Source of the DNA: Acutalibacter sp.
GTDB taxonomy: Bacteria > Bacillota > Clostridia > Oscillospirales > Acutalibacteraceae
Assembly: GCA_050946975.1 (NCBI GenBank)
Contig: JBMNVU010000003.1
Location: forward strand, 54,936-118,935
DNA: 64,000 nt
Reading direction: 5' to 3'
This document shows positions 55,068-62,986 of this stretch, piece by piece. The first letter of the stretch is position 1, and every line of letters begins with the position of its first letter. Below the pieces are notes generated by a model. That model did no database searches. It had not been told where the DNA came from and saw only the letters and a list, made by a program, of their open reading frames with translations. A program made the position numbers and the translations under genes.

Positions 55068-55568
55068 TTACAGCTCGTTGACCTTCTCCTGGAGAGCGGC
55101 GTTCTTCTTGGCCACGCCCTCCGCCATATCCTGCTTCATCTGGGCCAGCTGGGACGCAAGCCCCTCATCGGAGAGGGCCAGCATCTGGCAGGCCAAAATC
55201 GCCGCGTTGTCCGCGCCGTCAATGGCGACCGTGGCAACGGGAATCCCGGAGGGCATCTGAACGGTGGCAAGCAGGGCGTCCAGGCCGTCCAAGGTGGAGG
55301 ACTTCACCGGGATGCCGATCACCGGCAAGGTGGTGTGGGCAGCCAGCACACCAGCCAGGTGAGCCGCTTTTCCCGCTGCGGCAATGATGACGCCAAAGCC
55401 GTTGTCCCGGGCGGTCTTGGAGAACTCCGCCGCCGCGTCCGGGGTTCTGTGAGCGGACATCACCCGCACCTCCACCGGGATGCCGAAGCCCTTCAGCCGC
55501 TTGATGGCAGGAGCCACCGTGGGGAAGTCGCTGTCGCTGCCCATGATCACCGCTACTTTTTTGCTCAT
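55068..55568 (-). CDS. purE: 5-(carboxyamino)imidazole ribonucleotide mutase
   Basis: 166 aa from ATG at 55568: MSKKVAVIMGSDSDFP...VMSAHRTPD...AGKAAHLAGV. The 84-codon extension in the ORF track is not protein-like. Confidence 0.92.
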   Translation of the reverse strand: MSKKVAVIMGSDSDFPTVAPAIKRLKGFGIPVEVRVMSAHRTPDAAAEFSKTARDNGFGVIIAAAGKAAHLAGVLAAHTTLPVIGIPVKSSTLDGLDALLATVQMPSGIPVATVAIDGADNAAILACQMLALSDEGLASQLAQMKQDMAEGVAKKNAALQEKVNEL

Positions 55569-55639
55569 TGATAGATCCCATCCTTTCAGAGTCTTTCCAA
55601 AACAAACGGGCGCCACTACAGGTGGTGCCATACAGAAAA

Positions 55640-55668
55640 AGTATACACTGATTTTGGAAAAAGCGCAA
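55640..55668 (-). promoter_or_regulatory. candidate sigma-70-like promoter of purE
   Basis: Minus strand: TTGCGC - 17 nt - TATACT, about 70 nt upstream of the purE ATG. Confidence 0.4.
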
Positions 55669-55688
55669 GGTTTCGCTCTCATTCCCCC

Positions 55689-55720
55689 GGAAAAAAGAAG
55701 AACAGGCCTGCGCCTGTTCT
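55689..55720 (-). terminator. strong intrinsic terminator upstream of the purE promoter
   Basis: Minus strand: AGAACAGGC-gcag-GCCTGTTCT followed by TCTTTTTTCC. Confidence 0.8.
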
Positions 55721-55952
55721 TTAGAAAGCCCTCCCACCTTCGCCTTTCCCCCAGGATGCGGCGCTTTTGGAAATTCCCAGAAATCACTGCTGGGATGCCC
55801 CCCGCAGGATCCTGCATCACCCCACTTCCCGCTTTTCTGATCCCAGGACTCCCGGATGTTTTCCAAAGATATCTTTGCGTGATGCGGAGTCAGTCCTATG
55901 GCACGTCCTTTCACCGGGGTCCCGGGGAAGAAACCTCACCGACCTTTTCCGC

Positions 55953-55991
55953 AAAAAAAAGAGAGCCCCTTCACCCATCAAGAAGGAGCTC
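55953..55991 (-). terminator. strong intrinsic terminator about 150 nt downstream of the CheY-like gene
   Basis: Minus strand: GAGCTCCTTC-ttgatgggt-GAAGGGGCTC followed by TCTTTTTTTT. Confidence 0.8.
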
Positions 55992-56143
55992 GGATACTCT
56001 GTGCCGCGGTTTTCTCCAACCGCCAAAAATTCCATGGCAGGAAGTCGAATCTATCCAGCATTTGAGCACAAGAAATTACTCTTCAGCCGCTGGACTTTGC
56101 AAAACCGCTGAAGGAGCGCAACTATGGATGCTGTCTTTTGGAA

Positions 56144-56521
56144 TTACTCCCCAGGCTGCTCGGAAAAAGCGGTCTCCATAGCTTGGAGAATCTGAGCCTG
56201 GTCAAAGGGCTTATACACAAATCCCTTTGCTCCGATCTTCTTGGCCTCGTCAATGGTGTCATCGTAGGCCAGGGAGGAAACCATCAACACCCGGGCGTCG
56301 GGATGGGCCTTCATCAGCAGCCGGGCTGCGTCCAATCCATCCATGCCAGGCATCACAATATCCATGGTCACCAGGTCGGGGTGTACTTCGTCGTACTTCT
56401 GCAGAGCGTCCTCCCCGTTCTGACAGCAGGTCACCACTTCGTAATCTGTGCCGGATAAAACTTCCTGCAGCTGCAGCTGGGCGATTCTGGAATCGTCCAC
56501 CACCATGATTTTCTTAGACAT
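56144..56521 (-). CDS. single-domain CheY-like response regulator
   Basis: 125 aa from ATG at 56521 (AAAGGAG RBS): MSKKIMVVDDS...LVTMDIVMPGMDG...VSSL...GFVYKPF. The acidic pocket, phospho-acceptor Asp, Ser/Thr and Lys positions are all present. Confidence 0.88.
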   Translation of the reverse strand: MSKKIMVVDDSRIAQLQLQEVLSGTDYEVVTCCQNGEDALQKYDEVHPDLVTMDIVMPGMDGLDAARLLMKAHPDARVLMVSSLAYDDTIDEAKKIGAKGFVYKPFDQAQILQAMETAFSEQPGE

Positions 56522-56607
56522 CTCTATCGCTCCTTTTCTGTATGGGGTCATCGTATGGACCATCGATCTCTCTGGATAAAATTGGGGCACTCCGCCATTT
56601 CAGGCTC

Positions 56608-57096
56608 CTATCCCGCCTTGTCCGATGGGCAGGGCTGAGCCGGCACCAATTTAACGCAGATCAAGCGGGCCGTCTGATTTTCATCGTCGGTATAGTTCAG
56701 CTCGCACCGGCAATCTGTACACTCCTCCGGCTGATACCGGCCGGGAAGAAACTCCGGTGTGTGAAACCGAGAGGAGATATTGGCGGATTGAAACAACCCT
56801 GCCGCGATTCGGCCACAGACCACATTAAAATACTCTGTAGCCACATCCGCGATATCCTGCTGGGTCACCGACTGGCTGTGCATGATATGCTGCGCAAGTT
56901 TGGTCAACAGGGCTGTATCCGCGCACAACAACAACGCCGCCCGATGATTCCCCTCCAATACCGTATGGACCGTACAGATATCATCGGAAAGCGTCCCGTT
57001 TTTCTCCAAAAGCTCAATCCCAGCAAACCGTGCGGTGATCTCCCGCATGCACTGGTTCAGCAGATTTTCTAAATTCTGATGGATAAATACCGTCAA
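56608..57096 (-). CDS. CheX/CheC-like protein (putative CheY-P phosphatase fold)
   Basis: 162 aa with TTG start (AAGGGGG 8 nt upstream). The segment DIADVATEYFNVVCGRIAAGL resembles the CheC/CheX (E-x2-N) helix. The call relies partly on position between FapA and CheY. Confidence 0.5.
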   Translation of the reverse strand: MTVFIHQNLENLLNQCMREITARFAGIELLEKNGTLSDDICTVHTVLEGNHRAALLLCADTALLTKLAQHIMHSQSVTQQDIADVATEYFNVVCGRIAAGLFQSANISSRFHTPEFLPGRYQPEECTDCRCELNYTDDENQTARLICVKLVPAQPCPSDKAG

Positions 57097-57109
57097 GGTG
57101 TTGGCCCCC

Positions 57110-58870
57110 TTAAAGATAGTTCACTAAGCCGTCCACGACGCCTATGGTACAATTTTGTTTTTCCTGGGTCACCCGAAAAGAACTGTGGTAAACAGTCACC
57201 GTCGTTCCAGGATACACTGTGGCGCACCGCATGCGGCGGATGTCCGCCCCCACTGTGGGTGCGGTATGTGACTCCAACTCCTTGCCGAACGCCTCCAATT
57301 TCCCCTTGGCCACATACAAATTCAGCCGGAGCTTTGCCACCTTCTGTGCCTGCTCCGGAGAGGACGGCAGCCGCTCTGTCCGGGCCAGCTCCTGCCGGAT
57401 TTCCTCCAACTCCCCGCTGACCTGGGCCCGTTCCGCCTCTTCGCAGGGCTGACCCCCCAATATAATGGAAGTGGGCCGCTCCGCCTTGGAACCCACAATC
57501 CCGGCGGTCACCTCTCCCGAAGACCGGATGACACCACCCACAATGACTCCTCTGCCAGTGGTGACTTTCACAGTCCCGTTGCTGTAAATATTGCAGTTGA
57601 TGATGCAATCCGCCTGGACACTGTTCCGTGCGTACACATTGCAGTACTCCAAATATTTGGCATACACACTTTTCTGGGCGTGAAGTTCCGTGCGCCCCTG
57701 TCCCTGGACGCCTCCTGAGACAATGATATGCTCTCCGGCTTCCACGGTGCAGACCTCCACGGCACCATCAATTTGAATGGTTCCTGTGGCCCGGACGGAA
57801 ACGCCGTTTTCCAAGTCGCAATGGATATGGATGTCCCCCAAGAAGTTGACATTCCTTTTGGCAGCTAAGTCTTCCTCGGTCAAGTGCAGCACCGGCTTCA
57901 CCAGAAATTCTCTTCCGGAAAATGCCACGTGGCCATTTCTTTCTGCCAGCAGGTACCTGCCGCCTTGGGAGATGCAGGTGTTCCGGCCCTGGGGGATTTC
58001 GGGATCCTTGCCGTCCTTTGCCGGAAGGGCTTTTCCCGTCACCGTGGCGCCGGGGATTCCCTTGGTGGCGGGGACGATCTCGCAGATGACATCCCCCTCC
58101 TGGATATTCCGCACCAGGTTCAGAGTTTTGTAGTCGGCCTGATCCAATTCCTCCACCCGGACATTTTCGTCAAAAGATCGGGGATACCGGTCCACAATCC
58201 TGCCATCCATTCCCGGCACAGGATCCTTCCCTCGAGCCGGAGGAAAGAACAGGAAACAACGCTGAGGCAGAGTGGAAAATCTCCACAGCAGGGACCAATT
58301 GACGCCTCCGGTAACGCCATGCTCCATCACCACCTGGTGGAGCCGTGACGGCGACAGGTGTTTTCCCTCTCCAATAGCGGGGAACAAAAACAGCCAAGCA
58401 GCCAGCTCATCTTTGGAAACGTGGAGAAAAGCCTCTTCGTCCAGATTCACCGGTGACGAGGAGGGAACCGCGGCAATGGCCTGGATCCGTCTGTGAGCCG
58501 CCTGAGTCAAGGCAAGCCACAGCCGCTGACTCTCCTGGACCAACATCTCTTCCAACGGGAGATGGGATGGAGAACCACAGGCGGGCAGATTCAATTTCAG
58601 CGGATTATCCTTACAGCTCACACCGGACCAAAGAGTCCAAAGAGTGCACAAGTCGTGATCCGGAGAAAACGTAAGGGTTGTGGAAACTCGTTTGGAGAAG
58701 GAAGCAGAGTTGTCCACAGTGGAATTTGTATGGATGTCATCTTCAAAACTCACCGGTGGATCACCTCTTTCCACAGCATAGATCCGGGAGTCCAGCGCTT
58801 TCCTCCCCCATCCATTGCCAGCACCTGCACTTTCAGAAGGCCTCGGGGATCGTTTCTTGGGAGGAAGCAC
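57110..58870 (-). CDS. FapA / DUF342 family protein
   Basis: Long beta-helix-like repeat region (GDIHIHCDLENGVSVRATGTIQIDGAVEVCTVEAGEHIIVSGGV...NCNIYSNGTVKVTTGRGVIVGG) and C-terminal coiled coil, typical of DUF342. The start is uncertain. GTG at 58870 lacks an RBS. GTG at 58753 has AAAGAGGTG 8 nt upstream and is more likely (547 aa). Confidence 0.8.
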   Translation of the reverse strand: MLPPKKRSPRPSESAGAGNGWGRKALDSRIYAVERGDPPVSFEDDIHTNSTVDNSASFSKRVSTTLTFSPDHDLCTLWTLWSGVSCKDNPLKLNLPACGSPSHLPLEEMLVQESQRLWLALTQAAHRRIQAIAAVPSSSPVNLDEEAFLHVSKDELAAWLFLFPAIGEGKHLSPSRLHQVVMEHGVTGGVNWSLLWRFSTLPQRCFLFFPPARGKDPVPGMDGRIVDRYPRSFDENVRVEELDQADYKTLNLVRNIQEGDVICEIVPATKGIPGATVTGKALPAKDGKDPEIPQGRNTCISQGGRYLLAERNGHVAFSGREFLVKPVLHLTEEDLAAKRNVNFLGDIHIHCDLENGVSVRATGTIQIDGAVEVCTVEAGEHIIVSGGVQGQGRTELHAQKSVYAKYLEYCNVYARNSVQADCIINCNIYSNGTVKVTTGRGVIVGGVIRSSGEVTAGIVGSKAERPTSIILGGQPCEEAERAQVSGELEEIRQELARTERLPSSPEQAQKVAKLRLNLYVAKGKLEAFGKELESHTAPTVGADIRRMRCATVYPGTTVTVYHSSFRVTQEKQNCTIGVVDGLVNYL

Positions 58871-59075
58871 AAAAAATTACCATACGTTAACAATTCTTTT
58901 CTGTATATTGTTTCTATCGGCCACCCAGAGAAAAAATTAAGGATTCCAAAAAGAAAATGTAAAGGTCAGGGAAAATTTTTTTGCCCGGCAAGGCAAACGA
59001 GACCTGGCCCAACCCGACGCTGCCCCCAAAACCGTTGCCCCCCTGCAAGGACTCGAGACTCCTCAAGGCCTCCAG

Positions 59076-59126
59076 CAACAACAGAAAGCAGGGTACCGGC
59101 CAGAGGATTGCTGACCGATACCCTGC
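59076..59126 (-). terminator. long-stem intrinsic terminator about 95 nt downstream of the CAT-anticodon tRNA
   Basis: Minus strand: GCAGGGTATCGGTCAG-caatcct-CTGGCCGGTACCCTGC (16 bp including 2 G-U pairs) followed by TTTCTGTTGTTG. Confidence 0.8.
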
Positions 59127-59220
59127 TCTCAATTTACCCATACAGAATGGGCACACCAGCACGACCTTGCCACTCCTCGCAAAGAGCCTGGGAACGACAG
59201 AGTTCGTACCGCAAACTATT

Positions 59221-59297
59221 TGGTGGACCATCAGGGACTCGAACCCCGGACCGATCGGTTATGAGCCGACTGCTCTAACCAACTGAGCTAATGGTCC
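59221..59297 (-). tRNA. tRNA with CAT anticodon (Met by code; sequence resembles lysidine-modified tRNA-Ile2)
   Basis: Minus strand: GGACCATTAGCTCAGTTGGTTAGAGCAGTCGGCTCATAACCGATCGGTCCGGGGTTCGAGTCCCTGATGGTCCACCA. The cloverleaf folds cleanly. It lacks the 3 G-C anticodon-stem pairs of initiator tRNA. The GGACC...GCTCAGTTGGTTAGAGC pattern matches Firmicute tRNA-Ile(CAU). Confidence 0.9.
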
Positions 59298-59335
59298 CCG
59301 TTGGGGGAACTTCCCCCAGGGATTGTAACTAAATC

Positions 59336-59364
59336 ATGATATCACGTTCCCCTCACTTTGACAA
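59336..59364 (-). promoter_or_regulatory. sigma-70-like promoter of the CAT-anticodon tRNA
   Basis: Minus strand: TTGTCA - 17 nt - TATCAT, about 38 nt upstream of the tRNA 5' end. Confidence 0.5.
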
Positions 59365-59396
59365 GGGGAATCCTGCAATTTTCTCAAAGCGTCCCT

Positions 59397-60422
59397 TCAG
59401 GAGCGATGGGCTTTGAGGAACTGGACAAACTGCCCCCAGTCTTCCCGGCTGAGAAAGTGGCTTCCACTGCGCAGGTGATACCCGATATTCCCGCAGTGGT
59501 ACCCCTTGCCCAGCTGGGGCTGGGCATCCTCCAGAACCAACCCCGGCACTCCCAGCGCTTCATAGGCAGGCGATGCCGCCAGGCATCCCTGCAGCTCACT
59601 GGCTGGATCCGACCACAGGTCCTCCTGGGCGCTCCCCACATAGAGCTTCCTGGGGGCAATGGCTGACAGGAGAAAATGCTGGTCAAAGTCCAGCGTCTCC
59701 GGATCTCCTGTGCAATCTGCAAACCTGGGACAGAACCAATAGGGGAACCTCTCCCAAATATCCTTGGCGGTCTCCCCCACCTTACCCCGGTAAAGAGCCG
59801 CTCCCGAGCAGCCGGACTCATTGGCAAACACATACTGGAACCGCCGATCCAAAACGCCTGCCAGCAGCGCCGTCTTCCCCATGCGGGAATGACCGGCCAC
59901 CGCTGTGTGCTTCTGATCCACTTCCTGCCGGGTCTCCAGATAATCCCTCAGGACACTGGCAGCCCAAGCCCAAATTGCCAGCTTCCCCGGAGCACCGGGC
60001 TGGCTTCGGTCAATCTGGAACAGACCCCCGGCACCTGCAGTGAAATCCCCGTTGTCCTCAGAGACGTCGGCGCAGCCAAACGACGCTACTGCCATCCCCA
60101 GATCGCACAGCTCCTCAGAGGGCAGATAGGGGTCCGGCACCGCTGGCGTGAAATTGATCAACACCACTGCCGGGACGGGCTGGTCCGCTTTGGGACACAC
60201 AAACTGGAAGGGAAAGGCAAACTCCCTGCCGTTCCAGGTGACCCGCGCCTCCACCGTGCGGTGAACCGCTTTTCCTGCAAAGGCGTTCTCATTTGCTTTG
60301 CGTTCTTGAAACTCCAGAGTGTTGGGACGGGGCAACGGATAACCGTATTCCTTCTCCAGCAGCAGCTTCAGCGCCTTTTCCCTGCCCAAAGCCTCATAGC
60401 TGGGCAAACAACCGTTGTTCAT
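59397..60422 (-). CDS. alpha/beta hydrolase, glucuronoyl esterase (CE15)-like
   Basis: 341 aa from ATG at 60422 (GGGAG 9 nt upstream). Nucleophile context AGHSRMGKTALLAG resembles the CE15 G-x-S-R-x-G-K motif. Confidence 0.5.
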   Translation of the reverse strand: MNNGCLPSYEALGREKALKLLLEKEYGYPLPRPNTLEFQERKANENAFAGKAVHRTVEARVTWNGREFAFPFQFVCPKADQPVPAVVLINFTPAVPDPYLPSEELCDLGMAVASFGCADVSEDNGDFTAGAGGLFQIDRSQPGAPGKLAIWAWAASVLRDYLETRQEVDQKHTAVAGHSRMGKTALLAGVLDRRFQYVFANESGCSGAALYRGKVGETAKDIWERFPYWFCPRFADCTGDPETLDFDQHFLLSAIAPRKLYVGSAQEDLWSDPASELQGCLAASPAYEALGVPGLVLEDAQPQLGKGYHCGNIGYHLRSGSHFLSREDWGQFVQFLKAHRS

Positions 60423-60489
60423 ACAGGGCAACTCCCTTCTCCAAAAGATGGCTCCATTATAGGCGGTGGCCCATCCCTTGTAAAGGCCT

Positions 60490-61131
60490 TTATGCCTTTT
60501 TCAGCCGAGGAAATCGAAATTCCTGCACCTTGTCGATCAAGAAAGATGACACCGTCACCGTCACCAGGGAAAAAGCAATCCGAGTGACCGGAATATAAGT
60601 TAGGGACAGCGCCAACACCGTCAAATCCGTGAACAGATAGGCAAAGGACAGCCTCCAATGGGTCACCTTGGAGATGACCAAAGCCAAGGCGTCATCTCCG
60701 CCGGAGGAACCGCCCTGCCGGACGATGATCCCCACGCCGATCCCCACAAACATGCCGCCCAGCACAGCGGCCACCAAGGGATGCCCGGACAAATCCGGCA
60801 GCATGGGCGGAAACTGCTCCCACAGCTTGTAAAACAGGGATACGCTCACAGTGGAGATCACACTGATCTTGATGAAATCTCCGCCCAGGTATTTCCAAGC
60901 CAGCAGATAACAGGCGATATCCAGCACCGGCGTGATATAGGCCGGAGAAAATTCCAGCCAATGCTCCACCAACAGCATGGCTCCGATCACACCGCCCTCG
61001 GTGATTCCCACCTGCTGATGAATGTTGTGGATGCCAAAGGTGGCTATGGCCGCCCCCAATAGGATGAACAAAATCTTCTTTCCGGACAAGCCTTCCAACA
61101 GCTTCTCCTTCCAACGGGAGAGGGTACGCAA
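60490..61131 (-). CDS. YitT-family (DUF161) membrane protein
   Basis: 213 aa with TTG start (AAGGAGG 7 nt upstream): ...ILFILLGAAIATFGIHNIHQQVGITEGGVIG...GGSSGGDDALALVI. Confidence 0.7.
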   Translation of the reverse strand: MRTLSRWKEKLLEGLSGKKILFILLGAAIATFGIHNIHQQVGITEGGVIGAMLLVEHWLEFSPAYITPVLDIACYLLAWKYLGGDFIKISVISTVSVSLFYKLWEQFPPMLPDLSGHPLVAAVLGGMFVGIGVGIIVRQGGSSGGDDALALVISKVTHWRLSFAYLFTDLTVLALSLTYIPVTRIAFSLVTVTVSSFLIDKVQEFRFPRLKKA

Positions 61132-61178
61132 ACTAAAACCTCCTTGTGTTTTACCGTCTCTATCCCTATAATAAAGGA

Positions 61179-61191
61179 TATAGTAACTATA
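61179..61191. promoter_or_regulatory. perfect 6-1-6 palindrome TATAGT-A-ACTATA between the YitT and MerR-family genes (candidate MerR operator)
   Basis: Read directly. It lies 17 nt upstream of the MerR-family ATG, inside an AT-rich 76-nt divergent region. Confidence 0.4.
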
Positions 61192-61207
61192 GTGTCAAGG
61201 TGATTTT

Positions 61208-62023
61208 ATGGACGACCTCTTTTCCATCGGCGAGCTTTCCAAATATCAGAACATCTCCAAACAGACGTTGATCTTCTACGACAAGCTGGGGTTATTCAAG
61301 CCGGCCTATGTGGATCCCAACAACGGCTACCGCTACTACAGCGCCAGCCAATTGGATGAACTGGACACCATCCTGATCCTGAAAAAGTGTGGCCTCTCCC
61401 TGCAGCAAATCCAACAGCTGCTGGGCCACTACACCACCCAAAGCAGTCTCAAAGTGCTGAAAGGGCAGCTGAGCGTCATCGACCAAGAGATGGAGGACCT
61501 GCGCCTGATCCGCAGCCGGCTTGCCCAGCGCTGCAGCCAGCTGGAGGCCGCCGGCCTTCACCAGGGCAAGGAGTCCCCTCGTCTGGAGGACGCTTCGGAA
61601 CAGTGGATCCTCACAAAACCTGTGGATCCTCCTTACACTCTCCGGGAGGTGAGCATTGCCACAAAGCAGTGCTTTGCCCAGGCTTTTCAGGAAAAACTGC
61701 CCATTTTTTTCCAGAGCGGCGTCTCCGTGCCGCTGGAGCGAATCCGAGCCGGCCAGTACACACAGGCCTCCCTGGCCTTCCTCCCCACAGAAAAGACGGA
61801 CCGGGCCCAGAACCTCCAATGCCTGCCCCAGGGCAGACGGGCGGTCATCTATCACCGGGGAGACTACCTTTCCATCGGGGAGAGCTATGAGAAACTGCTG
61901 GATTTCTGCCGGGAACAGGGGCTGGAGATTCGTTCGGACTCCTACGAGTTCTGCATCAACGACTACATCACCACCGGCGACGAAAGCGAATACCTGACCA
62001 AGATTATATTTTATGTGGGCTGA
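61208..62023 (+). CDS. MerR-family transcriptional regulator with GyrI-like effector-binding domain (BmrR-like)
   Basis: 271 aa. HTH FSIGELSKYQNISKQTLIFYDKLGLFKP, a coiled-coil linker, and a C-terminal GyrI-like half. Confidence 0.85.
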   Translation: MDDLFSIGELSKYQNISKQTLIFYDKLGLFKPAYVDPNNGYRYYSASQLDELDTILILKKCGLSLQQIQQLLGHYTTQSSLKVLKGQLSVIDQEMEDLRLIRSRLAQRCSQLEAAGLHQGKESPRLEDASEQWILTKPVDPPYTLREVSIATKQCFAQAFQEKLPIFFQSGVSVPLERIRAGQYTQASLAFLPTEKTDRAQNLQCLPQGRRAVIYHRGDYLSIGESYEKLLDFCREQGLEIRSDSYEFCINDYITTGDESEYLTKIIFYVG

Positions 62024-62795
62024 TCCCCTTTTGGCCGCTGGGGGACATGCCAAAGCGCCGTTTGTAGCTGCGGGAGAAATTGGCCAAGTCCGAGAACCCC
62101 GACATGGACGCCGCCTCCGCCACCCCATACCCCTGCACCAAAAAGGCCCGAGCCTGCTCCAGGCGCAGCTCCATCAGATATGCCTGGGGCGGCACTCCGT
62201 AAGCCTGGCGAAACAGCACAGTCAAGTACCGGCGGTCTATGTGCAGAGCGTCTGCTATGCCCTGAATGCTCACCGGCTGCATGTAGGAGGTCTCCAGATA
62301 GGTTTTGGCGTAGGCGGCATATGTGTTGGAACGGTCCTGCGAGGGCGGACCGTTTCGGGACAGATCCCAGAGCAGTTCGTACAGCAGGGAAAATACCAGC
62401 CCATCCTGGGATCCATCCTGGGGCACCTCCAGGGATAGATCCCGCAGCTGCTCAAAAAGCTTTCTCACCGGGGGACGGCGCAGCACCGGCTCCTTGAGAA
62501 AGTCCGGCGTCTCCTCCGCTCGGAAGCCCAGCCACACATAGGTCCAAGGATGCTCCTGACTGCCGCAGTAGGTGGTCAGCTCCTCGGGCAGGATCACAAA
62601 CAGATCTCCTGCCTCCACGCTGTGAGTGGACCCTCCCTGGTAAAAGGTTCCCTCCCCTTCCAGGACATAGTGAAGCAGATGGTAATGCCGCACTGCCGGA
62701 CCAAAGCTGTGGCCGGGACTGCAGCTCTCATATCCGTAATTTAACGGGACCAGACTATGCCACCAGCTGGGCGCCACCGCGCTCTCCGCTTTCAT
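62004..62795 (-). CDS. AraC-family transcriptional regulator (cupin + HTH), divergent from the GH4 gene
   Basis: 263 aa. Cupin-like N-half (HYHLLHYVLEGEGTF) and AraC HTH at the C-terminus (GFSDLANFSRSYKRRFGMSP). AGGAGGTG-like RBS. Confidence 0.85.
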   Translation of the reverse strand: MKAESAVAPSWWHSLVPLNYGYESCSPGHSFGPAVRHYHLLHYVLEGEGTFYQGGSTHSVEAGDLFVILPEELTTYCGSQEHPWTYVWLGFRAEETPDFLKEPVLRRPPVRKLFEQLRDLSLEVPQDGSQDGLVFSLLYELLWDLSRNGPPSQDRSNTYAAYAKTYLETSYMQPVSIQGIADALHIDRRYLTVLFRQAYGVPPQAYLMELRLEQARAFLVQGYGVAEAASMSGFSDLANFSRSYKRRFGMSPSGQKGISPHKI

Positions 62796-62986
62796 TGTAG
62801 TCTCACCTCCGGAAACCGTTGTTTCTTGTTTTGCTTTGTTTCCATTTTACCAAAAGAGCCCTCCTTTTTGCAATAGCTTTTCCTGGCGCATCCTGCTAAA
62901 CTAGACCCAGTCCCAGCGGGGAAGGCCAGGAAGGCCTCTTCCCTGCCGTGCGGGGCGAACCCTTACTTTTTACAGGAGGCTTTTGT

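Noticed and set aside
55569-55700. Purine, ZTP or PRPP (ykkC-type) riboswitch upstream of purE
   Set aside because: The conserved cores (UAUAAU...UUUCUACC for purine; GGGUCGUGAC...CCGCCUGGGCA for ZTP) are absent, and the leader is too short for a ykkC-type fold.
55480-56181. ORFs in the purE-cheY gap (55480..56181 +, 55767..56111 +, 55817..56035 -, 55219..55914 -)
   Set aside because: None has an RBS or a protein-like composition, and they overlap each other and the two terminators. The region is treated as non-coding (see finding).
58914-59286. ORFs 58914..59231 (-) and 58981..59286 (+) overlapping the tRNA
   Set aside because: They run through the tRNA gene and its terminator stem. There is no RBS and the sequences are implausible.
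62004-62023. 20-nt convergent overlap between the MerR-family and AraC-family coding regions
   Set aside because: Short 3' overlaps of convergent genes are common in compact genomes, and both frames are intact. It is not considered significant.
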